A stretch of DNA of 11,113 bases. Source: Candidatus Micrarchaeota archaeon (lineage in GTDB: Archaea; Micrarchaeota; Micrarchaeia; Norongarragalinales; SBBD01). The DNA lies in assembly GCA_043806595.1 (NCBI GenBank), contig JAZDGU010000031.1:1-11113 (forward strand), written 5' to 3'. Both the position numbers and the translations under genes were made by a program. Shown here piece by piece: positions 1 to 10,004 of the stretch. The first letter of the stretch is position 1. Every line of letters starts with the position of its first letter. The notes beneath the pieces are model-generated. The model was not told where the DNA came from, searched no databases, and was given only the letters and a program-made list of their open reading frames with translations.

Positions 1-34
1 GGATGCCCCTAAGCGGACGTTACACTGTGGCGGA

Positions 35-226
35 TTACGGGCAGTTGGATATGGTGCAGTTGGCGATGTCCGTGACGTTCTTCAGGGTGTCGTAGTTGCC
101 GAAGACGATGTCCATTGCCTTCTGCAGCACCCCGGTCCGCACCATCACCATGGCGAGCACGACTATGAGCAGTACTCCGGCAAGCAGCATCAGGTATTCG
201 AACGAGCCCTGCGACCGCCTTTCCAT
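35..226 (-). CDS. Class III signal peptide-containing small protein (archaeal type IV pilin-like)
   Basis: N-terminus MERRS|QGSFEYLMLLAGVLLIVVLAMV: basic residues, Q at +1, E at +5, then a hydrophobic helix, matching the archaeal class III (EppA-type) prepilin pattern. TATA box ~25 nt upstream. Confidence 0.85.
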   Translation of the reverse strand: MERRSQGSFEYLMLLAGVLLIVVLAMVMVRTGVLQKAMDIVFGNYDTLKNVTDIANCTISNCP

Positions 227-249
227 GACCCGTATTTCCGGGAGCCGGG

Positions 250-263
250 TATATAGGCTTTTG
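250..263 (-). promoter_or_regulatory. Putative archaeal BRE/TATA promoter of the pilin-like gene
   Basis: Minus strand reads CAAAAG-CCTATATA about 24 nt before the ATG at 226, the spacing expected for a leaderless transcript. Confidence 0.55.
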
Positions 264-280
264 CCTGGCCGCCCGCATGG

Positions 281-289
281 TTTTTTAAA
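281..289 (+). promoter_or_regulatory. Putative TATA box of the polyprenyl synthase gene
   Basis: TTTTTTAAA in a GC-rich intergenic region, ~38 nt before the TTG start. A G-rich RBS-like run (GGGGGGA) precedes the start. Confidence 0.5.
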
Positions 290-326
290 CCCCGGGCGAC
301 CTCTGTTTGAACCGGGGGGATACTAG

Positions 327-2789
327 TTGTCCATTGAAAGATTCCTGCAGGCCAACCGCAAGGACGTGGACCGGGCCATGCAGAAGCGCATGCCCCGCAG
401 GCTTTCCCGCAAGCACTTCATCGAGGCCTGCGGCCCGCAACAGTACGGCTACGACGTCCTCGATTCCGCTGAGGCTTCCGTGAACGCGCCCATGTGGGAC
501 CTTCTCTCCCGGGGCGGCAAGCGGTGGCGCCCCGCGCTCATGCTCCTGACCGCGGAGGCCTTCGGCGCCGACCCGGCAAGCCTGCTGGACGCCGCCCTTG
601 TCCCCGAAGTCGCGCACAACGGCTGTTTGACCGGGGACTCGGTTGTTTGGATGTCTGACGGGATGTCAAAACCAATTAAGGAAGTCCAAGTCGGCGAAGA
701 GATTCTGTCTCTCGGCAAGGATTTCGGATTCGCCAGTAGAACGGTCCAGCGTTTGCATGATAACGGGGTTAAACCAGTTTACATTGTCAAGACCGGCAAC
801 CGGGAACTTAAGGTGACGGAAGAGCACCCGTTCTTGACAGCAAGAAAAGAGCAGCCGGTAAGGATTCGCATAACCCCGGAAGGCAGGAAAGCCATTAAAA
901 AAAGGCTTGCTGAAATCGGACAAACCATTTCAACTTATTGCGAAAAGAATTCCGCCATCCTTGAACCTGATGTCTCCCCCGGCCATCTGAAAAACAGCAT
1001 CTATGGCGTGCCTCATTGTCTATTGCCGGCAAACGTGGCCTATTCCATTTTCGCGGGATTGGGGATCCCGCAAGGCCAATACACCCGGGCCGTCCAATGC
1101 AAGTTTGAAAAAACGGAAGTCCGTTTCGAATGGAGGAAGGCAAGAGACCTGAAAAAAGGGGATGTCGTGCTGGTCGCGAAAAACGTTTTCCAGGACGTTG
1201 CCGAGCTCCCCCCGCTTGTGCGGACGCCCCAGAACCCCAAAGACAGGTATAGAGTTCCGGACGGTTTCACAGAAGACTTGGCCCATCTATGCGGCTTTCT
1301 CATCGGGGACGGCTATATTGACGCCGGGAGGGTCGTTCTCTGCCTGCCAGAAGCAGCCGGAGGAAGGAAAGAGTATGAGCATCTTGTTGAACGCATTTTC
1401 GGCGCAAAACCTTCCGTCGACAAACACGGAATAACGATTTGCTCCAAGGCATTGGCAAAAATGTTTTCAGAGCTCGGGTTGAAGGAACCGTGCACGAAAA
1501 AGGAGCTTCCCCGCTGGGTATTCCGTCTGCCCGAAAAACACAGGAAAGCATTCGTGAGGGGCTATCTGGATGCCGACGCAACCGTTGACAAGACCGGGGC
1601 GGTCCGATTCGCCTGCGCAAACGAAAAACTCTCCCGGCAATTCAAGTTTCTATTGGACAGCATGGGGTTCGTCACATCGAACATTTGGACGCACGCGGTG
1701 GACAACACGCACTTCAATCGCCATGGCACGAAGAAGTCCACGACCCTTTTCGGCTTCGGGTTGTATTCAAAGGACAGGGTTTCGCGGGAGATAGGGACAG
1801 AAATTTCTGCCGGAAGACAACGCCTTGCCCTTCAGCGCTTCCGAAGCTGCGTGAGTTTCCGGCACGAGGAGGAAATCCCCAACGTCCCTGCCTATTTAGA
1901 CATGGAGAAGATAGGCTTCAATCAAATAACGGAAGTAAGCCGGATTGCCGAAGAACAAACATACGACCTGCAGGTGGAGGGAACCCACAACTACGTCGCC
2001 AACGGTCTCATCGTGCATAACACCCTCATGGTCGACGACGTCGAGGACGACAGCGAGATGCGCCGCGGCAAGCCGTGCATCCACTGCACCTACGGCGTCG
2101 ACGTCGCGGTCAACGCCGGCAGCTCGATGTACTTCCTGCCGCTGACCGCCTTCGAAGGCCTTTCCGGCAAATTCCCGGACAAGACCCTCCTAAAGGCATA
2201 CCGCGTCTATTCACAGGAGATGCGCGCGGTTTCCTACGGCCAAGGCGTCGACATCTGGTGGCACAAGGGCAACGCCCCCGCGGAGGTTTCCGAGGCCCAG
2301 TACCTGCAGATGGTCGCCCTCAAGACCGGCGCGCTCGCACGCATGGCGGCAAAGCTCGGCGCCTTGTTTGCGGGCGCCTCGGACCGGCAGATCCGCCTCG
2401 CGGGCGAGTTCGCGGAAGCCGTCGGCGTCGCCTTCCAGATACAGGACGACGTTCTGAACCTGACCGCGGGCAGCGAATACGGCAAGGAAATCGGCGGCGA
2501 CATCAGCGAGGGCAAGCGCACGCTCATTACCGCGCACGCGCTGCGGCACGCCGGCACCGAGGGCAGGCGCAGGCTCCGCGTCCTGCTCAACGAGCGCTCC
2601 AAGGACCCCTCCAAGATCCGCGAGGCCATCGGCATCCTCCGGAGTTCGGGCTCCATAGAATATGCCAGGCGCCGCTCGAGGGAGATCGTCAGGGAGGCAT
2701 GGAAGAACTTCTCCAAGGCGCTCAAGCCCTCGCGCGCAAAATCCCGCCTCGGCGGGCTCGCCGCCTACCTCGTCGAGCGCGAGATTTGA
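327..2789 (+). CDS. Trans-polyprenyl diphosphate synthase (GGPP synthase family) precursor containing an intein; spliced product ~354 aa
   Basis: GGKRWRP motif; after removing the intein, EVAHNG/TLMVDDVEDDSEMRRGKP (FARM plus RRG); GQGVD, KTG, FQIQDDVLN (SARM) and DISEGKRT motifs. TTG start. Confidence 0.95.
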   Translation: MSIERFLQANRKDVDRAMQKRMPRRLSRKHFIEACGPQQYGYDVLDSAEASVNAPMWDLLSRGGKRWRPALMLLTAEAFGADPASLLDAALVPEVAHNGCLTGDSVVWMSDGMSKPIKEVQVGEEILSLGKDFGFASRTVQRLHDNGVKPVYIVKTGNRELKVTEEHPFLTARKEQPVRIRITPEGRKAIKKRLAEIGQTISTYCEKNSAILEPDVSPGHLKNSIYGVPHCLLPANVAYSIFAGLGIPQGQYTRAVQCKFEKTEVRFEWRKARDLKKGDVVLVAKNVFQDVAELPPLVRTPQNPKDRYRVPDGFTEDLAHLCGFLIGDGYIDAGRVVLCLPEAAGGRKEYEHLVERIFGAKPSVDKHGITICSKALAKMFSELGLKEPCTKKELPRWVFRLPEKHRKAFVRGYLDADATVDKTGAVRFACANEKLSRQFKFLLDSMGFVTSNIWTHAVDNTHFNRHGTKKSTTLFGFGLYSKDRVSREIGTEISAGRQRLALQRFRSCVSFRHEEEIPNVPAYLDMEKIGFNQITEVSRIAEEQTYDLQVEGTHNYVANGLIVHNTLMVDDVEDDSEMRRGKPCIHCTYGVDVAVNAGSSMYFLPLTAFEGLSGKFPDKTLLKAYRVYSQEMRAVSYGQGVDIWWHKGNAPAEVSEAQYLQMVALKTGALARMAAKLGALFAGASDRQIRLAGEFAEAVGVAFQIQDDVLNLTAGSEYGKEIGGDISEGKRTLITAHALRHAGTEGRRRLRVLLNERSKDPSKIREAIGILRSSGSIEYARRRSREIVREAWKNFSKALKPSRAKSRLGGLAAYLVEREI
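624..2021 (+). mobile_element. Intein (aa 100-565, 466 aa) with LAGLIDADG homing endonuclease
   Basis: Block A CLTGDSVVWMSDG; block B LKVTEEHPFL; LAGLIDADG blocks LCGFLIGDG and FVRGYLDAD; block F TYDLQVEGTHNYVANG; block G LIVHN followed by +1 Thr. Excision restores a contiguous synthase motif. Codon usage is visibly AT-richer than the exteins. Confidence 0.96.
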
Positions 2790-3173
2790 TTACTCTGGAG
2801 GGCGGAAGACGTCAATCCCGTTTACTCTTGAGAAGTCCTTGTCTGACGATGCCAGCCTGTACCTGTTCCGCAGACATATCACAGCATGGATTGAGTCATA
2901 GAGCCCAAGGCCCGTCGGTTCGATGGCAAGCGCCTTCAGAATGTCCTGTACTTCGCCTTCCAGTATGTCTATTCCGGACCCAGCAGCAATTTTTTCCACG
3001 TAGATGGAAGCGTCTTTCCGGCTGATGCCCTTCCTGATCATCGCGTAGTGTATTTCCAGAAGCGAGAATACGGACGTGCACGCTCCTTGATTTGATGCGG
3101 CTTTTGCCATATACTCGGAATATTTTCCATACAAGCACCAGTCCCATAGGATGCTGGAGTCGAGGTAATCCAT
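2790..3173 (-). CDS. vapC: PIN-domain VapC-family toxin (start reassigned to ATG at 3173)
   Basis: MDYLDSS...LLEI...LYDSIHA...LASSDKDF contains the four acidic PIN active-site positions. Lies 10 nt downstream of the antitoxin stop. Confidence 0.85.
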   Translation of the reverse strand: MDYLDSSILWDWCLYGKYSEYMAKAASNQGACTSVFSLLEIHYAMIRKGISRKDASIYVEKIAAGSGIDILEGEVQDILKALAIEPTGLGLYDSIHAVICLRNRYRLASSDKDFSRVNGIDVFRPPE

Positions 3174-3183
3174 TGCCTTTCGC

Positions 3184-3474
3184 CTACTTGAACTTCCTGC
3201 CCGCCTCGGCAAGCATCGCCTTATCGACCGTGTCGTCGAATTCCTCTGCGGTCATCGGCTTGATCTTGTACTTCTTTCCGACGAATCCCGCGTATTTGAT
3301 GAAGAAGTTCTGCTCCGAATAACCCCGGAGGACCAAACTCGATTTCTTCTTCTCCGCTTGCACGCGCCCCCGGAGTCCGAGGTCCTTCCTCCACGCGGCG
3401 GGTATCAGCACCCTGCCCTTTGCATCCATCTCCAAATACAAAATTCCCACCTTTTCATATTTCCCACTTCCCAC
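3184..3474 (-). CDS. AbrB/MazE/SpoVT-family antitoxin (true start may be GTG at 3450)
   Basis: EMDAKGRVLIPAAWRKDLGL is the AbrB swapped-hairpin signature. Directly upstream of the PIN gene. A TATA-like CTTAAATA at 3475-3482 favours a start near 3450. Confidence 0.85.
   Translation of the reverse strand: MGSGKYEKVGILYLEMDAKGRVLIPAAWRKDLGLRGRVQAEKKKSSLVLRGYSEQNFFIKYAGFVGKKYKIKPMTAEEFDDTVDKAMLAEAGRKFK
3444..3474. repeat. Three direct copies of TTCCCAC, candidate operator of the TA operon
   Basis: TTCCCAC at 3444-3450, 3461-3467 and 3468-3474, between the TATA-like box and the probable start. Confidence 0.55.
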
Positions 3475-3548
3475 TATTTAAGCCTTCCGGGGCCCCGTTT
3501 CCGATGCATTTGCTGCCGGGGCCGAGACGCTTGAAATTAAAACAACGC

Positions 3549-3556
3549 TTTAAAAG
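3549..3556 (+). promoter_or_regulatory. Putative TATA box of cdc48
   Basis: TTTAAAAG preceded by an A-rich BRE-like stretch. SD-like GAGGGTGA lies before the ATG at 3612. Confidence 0.55.
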
Positions 3557-3599
3557 CCGCGCCGCCAAAATTATGCCGCTGACCGTTCCAATTCCCTAG

Positions 3600-6315
<2,716 letters not shown>

Positions 6316-6316
<1 letters not shown>

Positions 6317-6864
6317 CAGCCTTTTTCCTGGGGGCTCCAGAGCCGCTTCCCCTTGTGCGAATAGACGGGCTTCTTGTACTTCTTCAGTTCGGCAATCCAG
6401 CGTTCCGTCTCCTTCGAACTCAATTCCGGCAGGACCGCGGCGATTATGAACCGCGGCTGTACCCTGAGCCTGGACTTCCCTTCAAATCCGGGTTTCCTGA
6501 AAACGACTGCGGGCATTTCCCTGTAGGAGTGAAGCCTGCCGAGCATTTCGGCCGCGGCGTTCGGATTCCAGGCATGGCTGAAATGGAACGCCCCGCCGTG
6601 GACTTCGGAGAACAGTTCCGGCCTCTCGGCCGCCTGCCTTCGCGTCTCCTCAGTCAGAAGGAAAATCCGCTTTTTCAGCCTTTTTTCGATTTTTTCGGCG
6701 CCCACGGGAGAAACGAGCCCAAATTTCATTATCCTTGAGAGATGCCCCAGCGGGTTCGGCCTTTCCTCCTGCGCGTAGCCCACATGGTGGACGGCAAGCG
6801 GCGCGCTTTGGCGCAGAAGCATCTCGACACTTTCGGGGTTCTCAGAGGATTTCAATCTTGTCAC
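6316..6864 (-). CDS. Hypothetical protein, possibly ADP-ribosyltransferase (Tpt1/DarT-like) fold
   Basis: Fills the gap between the alpha and beta genes. TGATG stop/start overlap with beta at 6314-6318. The AVHH...HLSRIMKFGLVSP pattern supports the fold only by inference. Start is GTG 6864 or ATG 6822. Confidence 0.7.
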
Positions 6865-7702
6865 CGCAGATTCTCGCAGTAGCCTTCCTCTGCGCCCAGC
6901 ATTGCATGTTAATTGCCACGGGCAGGCTTGCGGTGTGGGTCGGTGCGGCAGAGACTTTCACGGCGAGCGCCGTCGTCCTGCCGCCGAGGCCCATCGTGCC
7001 CAGCCCCAACGCGTTTATGGATTTCAGCAATTCATGTTCCAGTCCAGCGAGACGCTTGTCTGCGTTGGGTTTGTCGAGCGGGGCGAGGAATGATTTCTTC
7101 GCTAGCTCCATGGCCTGCTCGGAAGTCCCGCCGATCCCGATTCCGACCACGAGCGGCGGGCAGGCGTTCTTTCCATTCTCCGCGACGGTCGCGAGCACGA
7201 ACCTCTTCACGCCGCCGAGGCCGTCCGCGGGCGCAAGCATCGCCAGCGAGCTCATGTTCTCGCACCCCGCGCCCTTGGGGATGACGGAAATCTCGACGCA
7301 GTCCCTGCCGACGTCCGAAATCTCGTAATTGATGTTTGGTTCGTTGCCGAGGTTTTTCCTGGTCACCGGGTCCACCGAATTCGGCCGCAGGGGGACGGAA
7401 TCGGTCGCCCGCCGGACGCCCTCGCGGATTCCTTGCGCTATGTCCATGCCCATGTTGTCCCCGCGCACGTAGAACGTGAGCGTGCCCGTGTCCTGGCACA
7501 TCGGCGCCCTCTTCCTCGCCGCGAGATCGATGTTCTTCAATATGAGGCGGAGCTGGGCCTTGGCAATGCCATCGGTTTCCTTCCCCTCGGCATTCTTGAG
7601 CGCGCGCACGGCGTCCTCCGGCAGCCCGCAGACCGCCTTTTCCAGCATGCGCTCGACTGCGAGTGCGATGACCGTTTTTCGGCTCATTCCATCCAATGCC
7701 AT
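6842..7702 (-). CDS. Class I Fe-S fumarate hydratase / tartrate dehydratase, alpha subunit
   Basis: PMCQDTG, PLRPNSV, PKGAGCEN, NACPP, GLGTMGLGGRTT and HTASLPVAINMQCWAQR motifs; the three cluster-ligand cysteines are present. Confidence 0.94.
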   Translation of the reverse strand: MALDGMSRKTVIALAVERMLEKAVCGLPEDAVRALKNAEGKETDGIAKAQLRLILKNIDLAARKRAPMCQDTGTLTFYVRGDNMGMDIAQGIREGVRRATDSVPLRPNSVDPVTRKNLGNEPNINYEISDVGRDCVEISVIPKGAGCENMSSLAMLAPADGLGGVKRFVLATVAENGKNACPPLVVGIGIGGTSEQAMELAKKSFLAPLDKPNADKRLAGLEHELLKSINALGLGTMGLGGRTTALAVKVSAAPTHTASLPVAINMQCWAQRKATARICGDKIEIL

Positions 7703-7713
7703 TTTTTCCTTCC

Positions 7714-8940
7714 CTACACCGGGTTGTCGTATTCGAAGTATATCCTGCCCACTGACGGCGTTACGCCCTCGTCGGAAGTGGAGAGCGTGGCGCGGAGCAG
7801 CAGGTACCTAGAGTTCTGGGCGAGCGGCCGTCCGTTCTCCACGGGGAACCAGCCGCTCCAGTCGCGGTCGATGTCCTCGTGGGGGCCCACCCTCGCCTCC
7901 AGGCGGACCTGCGCGCCCTCAGGCTTAGTCTCTTCCCATGCGACCTTCGTGAAGGTGGCGAGAAGCGTCTCGGCGTCGTATACCGGGAGAGTGAACGTGC
8001 CGCGCGGGTAGAACAGGGTCCTGCCTTCCCGGTCGAAGAACGTGAGGTGCACTCCGTGCGTGTCCACGCCCGTCAGGTCCCTGTCGAACTGCGGCCTCAC
8101 GAACTCCGTCGGCGTGTAGCTCATTCGCTTGGTCTTGAGCTCCCGCTGGCCGCTCGCCGCGAAGACGATGACGCCGTCGTCTCCCGCAGCGGTCTTGCGG
8201 AACTCGATGTTGGCGAGCTTCGTCTGCGTAAGCGTCGTGCCGACCTCGAGCACGGAAAGCGCCTCCGAGCGGTTCGAGTTCCTCCAGAGCACCGCTTCGT
8301 CGGGCGCCCCGCCGCCCTGCCAGACATTACGCCCCGCGACAAGCTCCACCGTCTGCGAGCTGGCGTCGGCGTAATGCAGTATCAGGTCCGCGAGCTTGGA
8401 GCCCTCCCGGTCGCCGTAGCGCGCCGTGAGCACGATGAAAATCCTGGAATAGTAGTCCTTCGGGGGGAAGAATCCCTTGGAATAGAAGTCGGGCGCGGTC
8501 GTCGAGAGCACGCTCCACGCGCCCGTCTCCGCCCTGTCCTCCGGAATCGCTAGCGGGACGCCCTTCCAGTCGTATTCTCCCGCGGCGAGCTCCGAAAACA
8601 TCCCGCCGGAGACGCTGCCCGCGACGAAGGGGTTGGCGTGGTAGTCCGCGTTCGCGCTGCCGCCGATGTCGAACGTTGTGTTGATGAAACGCGATCCGAG
8701 TATCTCGAGGCCGCCCTTGACCTTGACCGCGGTCGGCGCTGGCGTCACCGTGATATATACTATCCTCTCAGTCACGGTGACCTCCGGCGTCGGCGTGGGC
8801 TCGGGAGTAACCGCTGGCGTCGCCTCCACCGTGGGCTCCGGCGTCGGAACCGCAGTGGGGGAAGGCGTCGGCTGTACCAGCGCGTTGAGACAGCCCGCGG
8901 ACAACAGAGCTATTGCAAGTGCGAATAGGAGTGCCTTCAT
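7714..8940 (-). CDS. Putative surface lipoprotein with Pro/Thr linker and two predicted beta-sandwich domains
   Basis: MK plus hydrophobic stretch plus lipobox LSAG-C17; PT-rich spacer; beta-rich C-terminal regions. SD GAGGGTG upstream. Confidence 0.8.
   Translation of the reverse strand: MKALLFALAIALLSAGCLNALVQPTPSPTAVPTPEPTVEATPAVTPEPTPTPEVTVTERIVYITVTPAPTAVKVKGGLEILGSRFINTTFDIGGSANADYHANPFVAGSVSGGMFSELAAGEYDWKGVPLAIPEDRAETGAWSVLSTTAPDFYSKGFFPPKDYYSRIFIVLTARYGDREGSKLADLILHYADASSQTVELVAGRNVWQGGGAPDEAVLWRNSNRSEALSVLEVGTTLTQTKLANIEFRKTAAGDDGVIVFAASGQRELKTKRMSYTPTEFVRPQFDRDLTGVDTHGVHLTFFDREGRTLFYPRGTFTLPVYDAETLLATFTKVAWEETKPEGAQVRLEARVGPHEDIDRDWSGWFPVENGRPLAQNSRYLLLRATLSTSDEGVTPSVGRIYFEYDNPV
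8777..8872 (-). repeat. Low-complexity Pro/Thr coding repeat (PTPSPTAVPTPEPTVEATPAVTPEPTPTPEV)
   Basis: Recurrent GGCGTCGG / GTGGGCTC units in the DNA and PTPE units in the protein. Confidence 0.75.
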
Positions 8941-8972
8941 TTCCCCACCCTCTAGGGATTTGGCCCCGGTGG

Positions 8973-8980
8973 TATAAAAA
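8973..8980 (-). promoter_or_regulatory. Putative TATA box of the lipoprotein-fumarase operon
   Basis: TTTTTATA on the minus strand, 32 nt upstream of the ATG at 8940. Confidence 0.55.
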
Positions 8981-9026
8981 TCCGGCGTTGTGGGGGCGGG
9001 GTGGTCGGGACTGACCTGCGCCTAAG

Positions 9027-9037
9027 CGCCCTGGGCA
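9027..9037. repeat. att-like direct repeat of the tRNA-Asn 3' end (CGCCCTGGGCA)
   Basis: Identical to 10973-10983, the last 11 nt of the tRNA including the discriminator. Coincides with the GC-rich to AT-rich transition. Confidence 0.7.
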
Positions 9038-9040
9038 AGG

Positions 9041-9098
9041 GCCAAGACGCCGTCTTGGCGCATCAAAAAAGTTGGCATTGTGGTGCCAAATTTGACGC
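9041..9098 (-). terminator. Oligo-T tract with two inverted repeats downstream of mazF, candidate terminator
   Basis: GCCAAGACG-C-CGTCTTGGC (9041-9059), A6 at 9065-9070 (T6 on the minus strand) and TTGGCA-N6-TGCCAA (9072-9089). Confidence 0.45.
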
Positions 9099-9122
9099 TA
9101 ATGAATAAATAACGTCGGAAAA

Positions 9123-9461
9123 TCAGAGTTTCAGAAAGTCTCTGAGCAGGGTGTCGAGGTTTTTCACGTCTTGCTCCGAGAGTTTTCCCATTTTATCTTT
9201 CAACAGGCTTGAATCGATTGTAGTCAGTTGGAAGACCAACGCAGTACTTTCGGTTTGAAGTCCGTTTTCCTTCGTTGGGTTGACCTTGAAGGTATGCGGA
9301 AATTTGGCTGCTGATTCTGTGCTCGTTAGGGGAACAACTGTCGCCACTTGAACGAAATTGGATTCCGCTACGATGACCGCCGGCCGCTGGCCTTTTTGCA
9401 CATGCCCGCCGGCGCCTGGCAGGTCAACTATCCAGACTTCGCCTTTGGAAACCTTGGCCAA
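9123..9461 (-). CDS. mazF: MazF/PemK-family endoribonuclease toxin
   Basis: KGEVWIVDL..GGHVQKGQRPAVIV, VVPLTS, NGLQTESTALVFQLTTID and MGKLS signature. TTG start. Confidence 0.93.
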   Translation of the reverse strand: MAKVSKGEVWIVDLPGAGGHVQKGQRPAVIVAESNFVQVATVVPLTSTESAAKFPHTFKVNPTKENGLQTESTALVFQLTTIDSSLLKDKMGKLSEQDVKNLDTLLRDFLKL

Positions 9462-9467
9462 TTGAAA

Positions 9468-10004
9468 TCACGCTGCTTTGGCCATCGTTTCAGCTCCGGC
9501 TTTTTCCCAAACTGTGAGCGTCTTTTTCAGCTCTACGGTTTCACTCTTTGTCGGCTTGAGAACGAATTCCCGTGCTTTTGATGTTCCAAGTATTATTTCC
9601 GATTCAGAGAATTTCGGCTTCAAAGTCCTGAGCCTTGTTAGAGCTTCGTCCTGCGAATATTTTAGATCATCTGCAAGAATTACGAACGTAGAAATAATTT
9701 CAAGCAAAGACGGATTGAATCCAATCGCATTCAATTCCCTGCATGCCTCTTCTTCTTTGGCAGTCAGTTTGATGTCCTTGCCCGACTTGTTCAAGACCTT
9801 TTCATTAGCATACAATTCGTCGGTAAGCGCTTTGCTGTATGGCCCATGAATGTAGAGGTTGAATTGGTACCCGAGCTTGACTCCTAGTTTCTGCAATAGA
9901 AACGTTCCCTTCTGGATTACGAGCCTGTCACTGAATGAGCCGATTTTTGGATTAAGACCCGCAACCCGAAGACATGCCAGCGCTTTTTCCAATGATTCAG
10001 GCAT
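9468..10004 (-). CDS. Panacea/SocA (DUF4065)/YwgA-like putative antitoxin
   Basis: RLVIQKGTFLLQ...YQFNLYIHGPYSKAL matches the QK-x-x-[YF]...F....[YH]GP[YV]S signature. Lies 6 nt upstream of mazF. Confidence 0.7.
   Translation of the reverse strand: MPESLEKALACLRVAGLNPKIGSFSDRLVIQKGTFLLQKLGVKLGYQFNLYIHGPYSKALTDELYANEKVLNKSGKDIKLTAKEEEACRELNAIGFNPSLLEIISTFVILADDLKYSQDEALTRLRTLKPKFSESEIILGTSKAREFVLKPTKSETVELKKTLTVWEKAGAETMAKAA

Noticed and set aside
612..626. Extein AHNG-C resembling an intein C-terminus (tandem or nested intein)
   Set aside because: HN here is the conserved prenyltransferase motif preceding the FARM; there are no upstream intein blocks.
2075..3025. 316-aa Arg-rich alternative-frame ORF
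   Set aside because: Off-frame read of the GC-rich synthase C-extein; low-complexity Arg/Pro/Gly composition.
3174..3212. N-terminal extension of VapC given in the ORF track
   Set aside because: Overlaps the antitoxin; the PIN motif begins at MDYLD (ATG 3173).
8777..8872. Repeats as a possible CRISPR array or VNTR
   Set aside because: Irregular, in-frame Pro/Thr linker codons with no repeat-spacer periodicity.
9007..9022. GGGACTGACCTGCGCC resembling the tRNA T-arm complement (GGACTCGAACCTGCGGCC)
   Set aside because: Needs three gaps and lies on the wrong side of the 11-bp repeat; cannot be distinguished from chance.
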